Source: a virus. From it: a stretch of 64,000 bases of DNA. Made by a program: the position numbers and the translations under genes. This document shows positions 8,355 to 16,871 of the stretch, in pieces (the stretch's first letter is position 1; the number at the start of each line of letters is the position of its first letter). The notes under the pieces were generated by a model that ran no database searches, was not told the origin of the DNA, and saw only the letters and a list, made by a program, of their open reading frames with translations. The stretch lies in IMG/VR virus record IMGVR_UViG_3300047509_000177, positions 1 through 64,000 of that record; one strand, written 5' to 3'.

Positions 8355-8393
8355 ATAAAGCCGCCCCCAATTATGAGGGCGGCTTATTTTTTA
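8355..8393. terminator. Bidirectional intrinsic terminator
   Basis: AAGCCGCCC-loop-GGGCGGCTT flanked by A- and T-rich tracts, between convergent genes. Confidence 0.8.
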
Positions 8394-8403
8394 TCTATTT
8401 ATA

Positions 8404-8829
8404 CTATCTAAGATATAAGCACGGAGGTATTGTATTTGGCCATGCGCCGGGGTCGATCCGTGACCAAGTGTTGAATATAATTGCTTGCTGCTCGGGGGAA
8501 GCTTCATAGGCATGACGCGCAAATCTACTCCCGCCTTGAGACAGCCAGGTTGAGTTTAGCCAGCTGAAGCCTCCCTCGTATAATCCTTCATTTTGGGCGG
8601 GAGTATCGCGCCAGTGGATTGTGCCGAAGCTTTTGCTTCCGGGAGAACCAGTCTCGTTATTAGCAACACATAGATCAAATAAAGTAATTACTGATCTATG
8701 TCTCTTGTGATGATGATGCTTAACTATATGAATCTTAGGATTCTTTTTAATATATCTTACTGATCTGCTATGTGTAGGAACAGCTATTGAGAATATAGCT
8801 ATTGCTAGGCTGCTTATCAGTGAAACGAT
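8404..8829 (-). CDS. Resuscitation-promoting factor (Rpf)-like lytic transglycosylase, probably secreted; non-canonical start (not in ORF track)
   Basis: Manual translation: hydrophobic N-terminus, then FDLCVANNETG...GLYEGGFSWLNSTWLSQGGSRFARHAYEASPEQQAIIF...GAWPNTIPPC; SD AGGAGG 9 nt before an in-frame ATC. Confidence 0.8.
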   Translation of the reverse strand: MVSLISSLAIAIFSIAVPTHSRSVRYIKKNPKIHIVKHHHHKRHRSVITLFDLCVANNETGSPGSKSFGTIHWRDTPAQNEGLYEGGFSWLNSTWLSQGGSRFARHAYEASPEQQAIIFNTWSRIDPGAWPNTIPPCLYLR

Positions 8830-8961
8830 ACAGGAAAACCTCCTGTTTGGTTTTGACTATGCGTTTGTCATAGCCCTAATAGAAAACAAGCCTTCTAAAT
8901 GGGAGGCTTTGTTGTTCTTTTCAAGCTTTCAATATCTGAGAGCTTTATGACTGCACCCTAC

Positions 8962-8990
8962 ACAATATCGAACTAGGGGTGGAAAGTCAA
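8962..8990 (-). promoter_or_regulatory. Promoter for the Rpf-like gene
   Basis: TTGACT-17-TATTGT on the minus strand. Confidence 0.6.
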
Positions 8991-9091
8991 GGAATTAATT
9001 TTACGTTTTGGGCTCAAATAATCTAATGACTAAATTTCATACCTTGTTGCTATTGAGATGATCTTGTCTATAGAACATAATTTATAGGTAG

Positions 9092-9337
9092 ATGCCAGCG
9101 CTAGAAACGCCGAGAGGAGCTAGCAAAGCAATTCCGCTGTTTGAAGCGGGCAGATTACGCTGCCCCCATGATAAGCAACTCCATGATCTCTTGTCTTATA
9201 AGCGATTTGATTTGCCTTCGGAATTTGAAACTCAGTTGAATGTTGTTTTAAGATGTGCCTTTTGCAGCCATGTATTCTCTCCACATTTGGATGACGGAGA
9301 GATGAGGCTTATATGTGAGGCTTTTAATGTTAGCTGA
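9092..9337 (+). CDS. Small zinc-ribbon-like protein
   Basis: CPHD and CAFCSH motifs. Confidence 0.55.
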   Translation: MPALETPRGASKAIPLFEAGRLRCPHDKQLHDLLSYKRFDLPSEFETQLNVVLRCAFCSHVFSPHLDDGEMRLICEAFNVS

Positions 9338-9842
9338 TATTAAAAAAGCTTCAAACAGAAGAGAAGAAGAAGTTTTTCTTGAAGAGATAGATAAAAGATT
9401 AGATCTTTTGTTAGCTAATTACCAAAGAGTTACTGCGAATCCTAGGTCAATGGGATATTTGAGGTTCTTGCTTCGGCATTATGCCAAATCCCCGACTCCT
9501 TGGAGAGATTGCTACAAAGATAATCTTAAGAGATTCGGGCCAGATAAAACAAAAGGAATATGCTCGGTTCTCAAGGACACACTTAGGCAGAGTACACATT
9601 GGAGGGGCCATCCTGCGGCGGATATAGGTTCGCCAGGAGTTGCAATTGCCGATGCAGATGCGAAAGCTGCTCCTCCTTGGGGAGGTCACCATCACATGTC
9701 TGAGAATAATTTAGATATGGGGCAAATGGCGATGCCTGAAGATATAGCTTTGGTACTAGAAGATCTTGGATCTAAGTGCGATGTATATCGTGTATTAATA
9801 GGGCTCGATGAGCCGCCTTCAGAACTTGGAATAGCGGTATGA
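9327..9842 (+). CDS. Head-module hypothetical protein
   Basis: Coupled to the protease gene; WRDC...GICSVL...HWRG motif. Confidence 0.5.
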   Translation: MLADIKKASNRREEEVFLEEIDKRLDLLLANYQRVTANPRSMGYLRFLLRHYAKSPTPWRDCYKDNLKRFGPDKTKGICSVLKDTLRQSTHWRGHPAADIGSPGVAIADADAKAAPPWGGHHHMSENNLDMGQMAMPEDIALVLEDLGSKCDVYRVLIGLDEPPSELGIAV

Positions 9843-12076
9843 GGAATAAACCTACGGTGGCGATGAAAGCTGCTAGCAAAAAGGGAATTGAACTTATTAA
9901 TTCCGGCGCGTTCCCTGTGACGGCTAGGGCTGAAGAAGTTGGCCGGAAAATAGCTTCAGACCAAGATTTAGATGAAAATCATCTTGTTGATATGGCTCAT
10001 TTTCATGCTGCCCACGGCGGAAATTGCCCTGATGACGATGCTGAGGATCTCCTTTGGGGCGGTCCTGCGGGCGGCGATTGGGCGCGGAAAAAGATGATGC
10101 AAAATATGAGAACTGGGTTGGCAGAGGAAGAATTAGATTTTAATAAAATTATATCTGATAAAGATTTAAATCTTAGCTTAGAGATTTATTCTGATATCCA
10201 ATTAGATGAGCCTACTGAAGAGACTGATGATGGGCTTATTTGGGCTCCAATTGCGCGGAGTGGAATGTTAGCTACTCGCCCCGGTCCTAATGGAGAGAAG
10301 CTAGACCAACCGCTCATTTTTGTTCCTGGTCGTTCAGAAGATCAGCGTAAAGAGATTGGTTTACAAGATATATACGATTCTTTTAAGGATAAAGCAATTG
10401 AGTATGTGACTCTTCCTCTGTCACATGAAAATAAAGTATTAGAGAACACTGGATACATCAAAGATCTTAAAATTATAGATTCTGCTAAATCTCCCGGGGA
10501 GAAAGTTCTTATGGGAGGGCATCAGTTTACGGAGCCCGACGTAAAAGGTAAAGTAGAAAGAGGAACTATTCCTTCGAGATCATCTGGCCTTCTTTATGAC
10601 TATAAGAATACTACTACTGGGAAAGTATATCCTATCGCGTTAGACCATGTATGCTTAACTCCTAAACCTTGGATGGGGGGGATGGAGCCATATGGTTCTG
10701 CTGATTTAGGAGATAGAACTATTATCCCTATGATGTTATCAGAGAAACCTTTTACGGCAAAACCTGTTGAGAAAACTTTGCCGACAAAACTTACGCAAGA
10801 AAAAAACACCATATCTCATCGAGAAATTAAAAAAGAAGAGATTCAGAGTGAGTTTCTTGCGGATATTGTATGGGGTGAAAAACCCTCATTTAGTAATATA
10901 GAAAAACAGGTAGAAGATATTTTGGATCATATGGGCGGTGGCGATATGGACGATTATCCAAAGTATTTTCTATTGGATTGCACTGATGATAAAGTACTTA
11001 TAAAGGTGAATTATGGAGTTGGACCGGACGAAGATGCTTGGGTGGTTCCATATAATGTTGATAAAGATGGAAATCTTCATTTAGCGCCGTTTAATGAATG
11101 GGTTGATTCTACAAAGAAATGGGTAACAGATACTTTAGATCCAGATAAAGATAAATCTGAATTAGATAGGTTGGGCATGAATGAGAAAGATAAGTTAATA
11201 GCTAGTTTATATCTAGATGTTACCCAAGCTGAGAGAGATAAGGCTAAATCTAATAATAATTCATTACCTGATGGTTCTTATCCAATAAATAATGTAAAAC
11301 AGCTTAATTCGGCAGCTATTCTTGCTGCTTCTAAACATGGGGATTACGAAGCTGCTAAAAGGCTTATTAGACGCAGAGCAAAAGAGTTGGGTGTAGACGT
11401 AACTACATTGAGTGGATTTGGAAAGAAAAAAGAATCATCTTCAAATATGGCTGATCCACTTAAAGTGGCTTCAGCAAATAGGCTCGGTTTATCCGAGGCA
11501 AATAACAGCCCCCTAGGAGGATCAATGACACTCCTTGCAATGTCGGAGGAGCAAATGGAGCTGCTTGGCCTTTCTGAGGAGGCCAAAGAGTTTCAGCGTA
11601 ATCAGAATAAAGAGATTCAGAAAATTAGTTTAGAGTTAGCTGAGTCTAAGAAAGTAGAGAAGGAAACTAAAACTGCAAATAAGATTGCAGAGTATAAAGC
11701 GGAAGGATTCGATACTTTTCCAGGTTTATTGATGGAGTACGAGACTACTGCTCTTAGTGACGATGGTGATATTGCTGTAAAACTTTGTCTTTCTGAGAAT
11801 GGACACGAAACTACTAAAGTTGAGACCGCTACTCAGATTGCTGAAAGGTTTATGGCGGCTATACCGCGCAAAGATAATAAAATTGATTTTAGCGAGATGC
11901 CTAATAAATTAGAATCTCCTATAAACGAAAGGCCAGATCTTAAACCAGAAGATCCTAATGCCGAGAATAAAATTATGACTGGGGATGATCTTCTTGAAAG
12001 AATGTTGTCCGAAAATCCAAACTTAGCAAAGGACCCTGAATTCCTTGCGTTGAGTGAGAACGGAAAAGGAAAGTAA
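9839..12076 (+). CDS. Capsid maturation protease / scaffold fusion
   Basis: Precedes decoration and MCP genes; protease-like core (PLSHEN, SRSSGL, LDHVCLTPKPWMGGM); N-terminal LLWGGPAG..WA module, LPDGSYPI...IRRRAKELG module, acidic coiled C-terminus. Confidence 0.75.
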   Translation: MRNKPTVAMKAASKKGIELINSGAFPVTARAEEVGRKIASDQDLDENHLVDMAHFHAAHGGNCPDDDAEDLLWGGPAGGDWARKKMMQNMRTGLAEEELDFNKIISDKDLNLSLEIYSDIQLDEPTEETDDGLIWAPIARSGMLATRPGPNGEKLDQPLIFVPGRSEDQRKEIGLQDIYDSFKDKAIEYVTLPLSHENKVLENTGYIKDLKIIDSAKSPGEKVLMGGHQFTEPDVKGKVERGTIPSRSSGLLYDYKNTTTGKVYPIALDHVCLTPKPWMGGMEPYGSADLGDRTIIPMMLSEKPFTAKPVEKTLPTKLTQEKNTISHREIKKEEIQSEFLADIVWGEKPSFSNIEKQVEDILDHMGGGDMDDYPKYFLLDCTDDKVLIKVNYGVGPDEDAWVVPYNVDKDGNLHLAPFNEWVDSTKKWVTDTLDPDKDKSELDRLGMNEKDKLIASLYLDVTQAERDKAKSNNNSLPDGSYPINNVKQLNSAAILAASKHGDYEAAKRLIRRRAKELGVDVTTLSGFGKKKESSSNMADPLKVASANRLGLSEANNSPLGGSMTLLAMSEEQMELLGLSEEAKEFQRNQNKEIQKISLELAESKKVEKETKTANKIAEYKAEGFDTFPGLLMEYETTALSDDGDIAVKLCLSENGHETTKVETATQIAERFMAAIPRKDNKIDFSEMPNKLESPINERPDLKPEDPNAENKIMTGDDLLERMLSENPNLAKDPEFLALSENGKGK

Positions 12077-12078
12077 AA

Positions 12079-12858
12079 ATGCCTTGGAATCAATTCCGAA
12101 ATCGAGAAATTCAGCGCAAGACATGCTTAAGAGGATTTGCTGGTAGGGATTCAATTAAATCTTGTTTCTTCGCTGCTGAGACTCTAAAAGAAAATAGTCA
12201 GAATTTTGAAGCCGGGAAGTGGACAGTTCCTATTGGATCTTTTCTTACTTATTTCGTTGCCAAATCAGGAGAAATTGAATCCGATCCCACGAAGGTTAAG
12301 ATTTTTGAAAAGCTTGGCACTAATGCCAATGCTGTTCAGACTCTGACTCTTACTGGAGAAGAAATAGGTGGTACATTCACCTTAACTTATGGTGGGCAAA
12401 CTACAGCTGCGATTTCAGCTAAAGAACCTACTGGAACTAAAATTATTGAAGAATTAGTTAAATTAAGTACGATAGCTACTTCGGAAAACATTAAATCGAC
12501 TAATGCAGCTAAAAAACTTTCTGAAGAAGCTATTAAAATTGAATTTATTGGAGAGCTTGGGAATCAGGCTCAGCCATTGCTGGTAGTCAATAATGCGGGA
12601 GTAACCTCTAAAGAATCTAAAGGCAAAATTACTGCGACTACGACAACTCCTGGTACGGCGGCTGAGAAGATTATGGGCGTTTATGACGGTCCGGATCAAG
12701 ATTTCTGGGGAAATACTGCGGGCTCTGAAACTGAAAACTTTGATGAGCCTATTCCTGTGTATTTTCATTCTTGTTCTTTCAATATCGCATTTCTTCCTGA
12801 ATTCAGGAAATATGGATTATTAGCGGAAGAAGCTTTAAAAAATTGTACGTTTTATTAG
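12079..12858 (+). CDS. Head decoration protein with an inserted beta-rich domain
   Basis: Lies between protease and MCP; NAVQTLTL..GGTFTLTYGGQTTAAI insertion. Confidence 0.65.
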   Translation: MPWNQFRNREIQRKTCLRGFAGRDSIKSCFFAAETLKENSQNFEAGKWTVPIGSFLTYFVAKSGEIESDPTKVKIFEKLGTNANAVQTLTLTGEEIGGTFTLTYGGQTTAAISAKEPTGTKIIEELVKLSTIATSENIKSTNAAKKLSEEAIKIEFIGELGNQAQPLLVVNNAGVTSKESKGKITATTTTPGTAAEKIMGVYDGPDQDFWGNTAGSETENFDEPIPVYFHSCSFNIAFLPEFRKYGLLAEEALKNCTFY

Positions 12859-12889
12859 GCTAAGGTCAGAAAGGATAAAGGAGAATAAA

Positions 12890-14155
12890 ATGGCCAAGGC
12901 CAAAAAAACACAGTTAGAACGTCTTAAAAAGTATTGGAGTGAAAATAATATACCTGTCAATCCGATTACTGGGCTGGCAGAGATGTCGGGAGGAGCAGGA
13001 GTAAACGCTGAAATTTTTACTCCTGGGCCTGGAACTGTGGGGAATAACGTATTCGACATCTGGCCGCAGGCGGCGCTTACGGATATTTCTCTTCGTGCGC
13101 TGGAGACGGCTTGGGAGTCAATTGCATATATTGGGGCTAATATTGCGCCGTTGAAGCCTGTTTATGATCGTAAAATTCGTAGGGATATTGCTGAAGTGGC
13201 ACCGTTTGGTATCGGGCAGTTTCGGGCTCCGGATGCTACGCCGCAGATCTACAATCCTACGATCAATTATGTTGAGGAAGTCCAGGAGCTTTTGATTCTG
13301 GATGAGATGACGGAGATCAAGGAAGATCTTTGGATTCGTATGACTTCTGATGATCCGGTAATTAGAGCGCGCGCAGGAATTGATCTTGCGACATTAGGCA
13401 AGGTTCTTCAGCTTCGCCATGAGCGCCTTACTGAAGTAATGCGTTGGAAAGTATTTAAGGGCGAAGAACTGGTTGTTAAATTCTCTGGTAACCAGGAAAT
13501 CAAAATCAAGCCAAGTTATTTGGAAACTCACAAGGTTTCTGCAACTGTTCCTTGGACTGATCGTCTGAATTCTACGCCTATTGATGATATGCGTGGATGG
13601 CAGAAGATTATAGGTAATGATGCGGGAGTTTATGGGTCTCGGTTCCATATGAATTCGCAGACTTATCAGTATCTTCAGCGTTCGAACCAGGCGCGTGGTT
13701 ATTTGACTCAGACAGATAGAAATGTATTTCTTCCGAAGCCAGAAGATATTAAGACTTTGCTTTGGGGTTCTACTGAGTCTGATGCACAGGGCGGAGTTGC
13801 GGCTGAGGAACCGATGATTATTGTCACCGATTCTGGTTATCGTGAAGAAACTGGAAAAGCTGCTGGCACGGGGCTTACTGGTTATGAACGTGGGCAGGCT
13901 GCGATTACTAATTTCCTTAAAAATGGGGAAATTCTTGTTACTACAAGTTATGTATTCGAGGGTGAGAATATTGCGGATACTCTTGATGGGCCAGTTCTTG
14001 TATCGGACAGCTGGAACTCCCTGCGTAAAGAGATTGGTGCTCAGTCTGAGTTAATTATTAATCGTAATAATTACAATCAGTATATGCGCCAAGGTTGTTC
14101 AAGATTTGTTCGTATGCGGCGTCCGCAATGTTTTTTGTTAGCAAAGTGTTTTTAA
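12890..14155 (+). CDS. Major capsid protein (HK97 fold, gpE-like)
   Basis: Size and position; E.MRW.VF.G and PWTD..STPIDDMRGW motifs; strong SD AAGGAG. Confidence 0.8.
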   Translation: MAKAKKTQLERLKKYWSENNIPVNPITGLAEMSGGAGVNAEIFTPGPGTVGNNVFDIWPQAALTDISLRALETAWESIAYIGANIAPLKPVYDRKIRRDIAEVAPFGIGQFRAPDATPQIYNPTINYVEEVQELLILDEMTEIKEDLWIRMTSDDPVIRARAGIDLATLGKVLQLRHERLTEVMRWKVFKGEELVVKFSGNQEIKIKPSYLETHKVSATVPWTDRLNSTPIDDMRGWQKIIGNDAGVYGSRFHMNSQTYQYLQRSNQARGYLTQTDRNVFLPKPEDIKTLLWGSTESDAQGGVAAEEPMIIVTDSGYREETGKAAGTGLTGYERGQAAITNFLKNGEILVTTSYVFEGENIADTLDGPVLVSDSWNSLRKEIGAQSELIINRNNYNQYMRQGCSRFVRMRRPQCFLLAKCF

Positions 14156-14256
14156 ACCTATAGATCTAAGAGTCTCCCCAAGCAAGAACGCTTTTTGCTC
14201 GCGAAATGTTTTTAATTAATAAAGATAATAATTAAATTAGGAGAAAAGAACCTAAA

Positions 14257-14898
14257 ATGTCGGACGAGAAGTTTTCATACTTAGTAAAGAAGAATGTAAC
14301 AAACTCTAACGAGGATAATGAGGGAATTATCCATTTTGCTGGAGAAGTTCTGTCTGATTGGGAGTTAAAAGACCATGTAAAACAAAAAATTAAAGATGGA
14401 CATTCATGGTATACACAGAATTATGAAATTTTAACTCCAAAAGAGGCAGAGCTTTATAGAAAGAAAGCTACCGAGGCGGTGGGTAAAAGAACTGATTCAG
14501 AAGGCCAGTTTGTAGACCCTCCTTGGGATGATTATGTAGGACTTCATCCAAGAGATGTAGTAGACCGAATGAAGGACCTTAGTTACCATGATGTTGAGAA
14601 AGTAAGACAGTATGAGCGAGCAGGGTTAAATAGACCAACTATTATGGATTATGTTGCTCCTTCTGAGAGAGAGCCTTGGTATGAATATAATAATTGGGGT
14701 GCTCGTGAAATCTTAGAGAAGATGGAACTTCTCGATCCGCAAACAGTTCAAGATGTGATTGTTTACGAGATGAATCATAAAAAACGGCCTGCAATTCTGA
14801 CGTATGAATCTGAGCCCGATGGTGATGTAGAGGCTCCTCATTCTAACGGCGAAAAAGAGATGGTTTCTGTAGGTTCTGGCGGCGGGGAAGTTACGTAG
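14257..14898 (+). CDS. Protein with two tandem ~45-aa helical repeats
   Basis: PWDDY...VRQYERAGLNRPTIM and PWYEY...VIVYEMNHKKRPAIL. Confidence 0.6.
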   Translation: MSDEKFSYLVKKNVTNSNEDNEGIIHFAGEVLSDWELKDHVKQKIKDGHSWYTQNYEILTPKEAELYRKKATEAVGKRTDSEGQFVDPPWDDYVGLHPRDVVDRMKDLSYHDVEKVRQYERAGLNRPTIMDYVAPSEREPWYEYNNWGAREILEKMELLDPQTVQDVIVYEMNHKKRPAILTYESEPDGDVEAPHSNGEKEMVSVGSGGGEVT

Positions 14899-14907
14899 GA
14901 TTAAATA

Positions 14908-15846
14908 ATGACTACTGTAGTTGACTCTTCTATAAAAACTCCGATTATTCTTCCTATAGGAGTAGCTTATAGGTTTACTGATCGTATTATAAAAAATAAT
15001 AACGAAGAAGTGAAAATAGAATCTGCAAAATTTTATATGAGGCCGTATTTATCCAGAATACCTAGTATTAATGGCGCTACTGGAGAAGTTATTGGCGATG
15101 AACTAGGTGATAATGTAGCAGTTAAATTAACAGCAGAAGAGTTAGCATTCGAGGGGGAATATTTCGCTTGGTGGTCTTTTAAATCTGGCGGAGAAGAATT
15201 TCAAACCCCCGAGTTTCCTGTTGTGGTCACAGATCATGGCCCCGGAACAGGAGTAGAGACGGGCGCGATAGTAGATGGTGTATCGGATCATATGCCAACT
15301 ACTGTGGATGCTTTGAAGAAATCTCCTAATTTTGGGGAACGCAGAATACAGAAGATAGCTACTCTTATTCAGATAAGAGTGTTAAAGTCTTATGTTCAAC
15401 CAGATGAAGAGTTAACTGCTTATGAATTACCTCTTTTAGATTATTTTTCTAAGAGAGTAGCTTTAGAGTTGTGCAGACCTGGAATTGACTATTGGGCAAG
15501 ACAACTTAGAACGGCTACTAAGGTAGGCCCTACTGAGATATCTTCTTACCCAGATATGATTCAATCTCTAGAGAAGCTAAGAGATCATCTTGTAATAGAA
15601 CTTGAAGAAAATTGGAGAGAACTTAGTTTCTTAGTTCCTGAATTGAAACAAAGAAAAGCAGTTCCTATGCCTGCTTCATCTTTAGAGTTTCATGAGACTC
15701 CTGAACAAAACGGAACCCTACGACGTAGGATTGAACCAGTGCGATTTTTGACAAAGAATCCTAACGAGTGGCAGCGGCTGGCGACAGGGTGGAGAGGTAA
15801 TTATGATTTATTCTCTCCGCTCGGATTCTGGCCTTCGTTCCCATGA
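14908..15846 (+). CDS. Putative head-tail connector with an N-terminal Ig/BppU-like domain
   Basis: Synteny after MCP; beta-rich N-terminus (EGEYFAWW..TPEFPVVV) plus a helical C-terminus. Confidence 0.5.
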   Translation: MTTVVDSSIKTPIILPIGVAYRFTDRIIKNNNEEVKIESAKFYMRPYLSRIPSINGATGEVIGDELGDNVAVKLTAEELAFEGEYFAWWSFKSGGEEFQTPEFPVVVTDHGPGTGVETGAIVDGVSDHMPTTVDALKKSPNFGERRIQKIATLIQIRVLKSYVQPDEELTAYELPLLDYFSKRVALELCRPGIDYWARQLRTATKVGPTEISSYPDMIQSLEKLRDHLVIELEENWRELSFLVPELKQRKAVPMPASSLEFHETPEQNGTLRRRIEPVRFLTKNPNEWQRLATGWRGNYDLFSPLGFWPSFP

Positions 15847-16514
15847 GCGTATTTTTTGCAGAAGCGGAGGAGGCGGTATTAGACGGTAATTACAGCCGGC
15901 CGTTTGGGGTGGGGTTTGAGTGCGAGTTGATTCAGCGAGCAGCGAAGGCACAAATAATTAAATTTCTTCCGGATATACAGGAAAATATTCAAGAAATCTG
16001 GGATAGAAGAGATCAAGAATTTTGCGAAAAGTTTAATTTATCATACAAAAAATTGAAAGTTCCTAGGGTATCTACTGAAAATATTTATTCGGGTATAGAG
16101 AATATTTCATTAATAGAAGCCCCGCTTGAAAGATGGCCTAACATTTTAATTTATGCAAGAAATGGAAATTCTTATCAATATCAAGAGGATCAATTTGATA
16201 CAAGTTCTATTACTTTATGTATAGAGGTTTTGTGCAGCGAAGGGCCAATAAAAGCAGAAGAATTACATAATAAAGAAGGTTTAGAAGCGATGGAATCTCT
16301 TGATAGTAAACTTCATAGACTTTCAGATTCTATTTATATGTGTATTCAAAAAGATAAGACTTTAAGTGGTTCGATAGGACAATTTGAAAAACCACCAAAA
16401 GTTACTACTTCTTTACCTTGGAGCAGAAAAGAATCTACCGATGCTACTGGAGAAATCTATTTTATTTTTCAAGGTAAACAATTTGAGTTTTCAACTCAGA
16501 AAATAACGTTGTGA
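15843..16514 (+). CDS. Putative tail terminator / neck protein
   Basis: Synteny; ERWPNILI and IQKDKTLSG motifs. Confidence 0.5.
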   Translation: MSVFFAEAEEAVLDGNYSRPFGVGFECELIQRAAKAQIIKFLPDIQENIQEIWDRRDQEFCEKFNLSYKKLKVPRVSTENIYSGIENISLIEAPLERWPNILIYARNGNSYQYQEDQFDTSSITLCIEVLCSEGPIKAEELHNKEGLEAMESLDSKLHRLSDSIYMCIQKDKTLSGSIGQFEKPPKVTTSLPWSRKESTDATGEIYFIFQGKQFEFSTQKITL

Positions 16515-16529
16515 AGAAAGGATTGAATA

Positions 16530-16850
16530 ATGCCCGACGTTACTAGCACAGTAAAGGTCGATGGCGTCGAGCCTACGATCTTAGTTAGACTGACTGATGA
16601 AGTTGATACTCCAGAGAGAGTGAGGATTTTTACATCTGATGATGGAACCAAAAGATTTTTAATTAAGGGGTCAGACCCAGTATTAGTTACTAATAAAGAT
16701 CTTTCTGTCCTTGGTGGGGTTCCTGTAGAGATACTTGATTATGCTGGAACTTCTAAAGCTTCTCTCGATGCTTCGGCGCGAAATCAGCCGGAGGTAGTAG
16801 TAACACCTTCTCCGGTAAATAACCCTACACCCGGACAAACGGGTCAGTAA
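16530..16850 (+). CDS. Virion-module hypothetical protein
   Basis: 106-aa ORF with SD, directly before the tail tube gene. Confidence 0.55.
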   Translation: MPDVTSTVKVDGVEPTILVRLTDEVDTPERVRIFTSDDGTKRFLIKGSDPVLVTNKDLSVLGGVPVEILDYAGTSKASLDASARNQPEVVVTPSPVNNPTPGQTGQ

Positions 16851-16871
16851 TAACAAGAAAGGATAACCCTA

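Noticed and set aside
8830-8960. c-di-AMP or c-di-GMP riboswitch call for the Rpf leader
   Set aside because: The conserved cores are not recognisable; only a short chance similarity (CAAAGCCTCC)
14132-14215. Capsid-end duplication as a DGR template/variable repeat pair
   Set aside because: No reverse transcriptase in the window, the repeat is only 24 nt, and the changes are not confined to adenines of one copy
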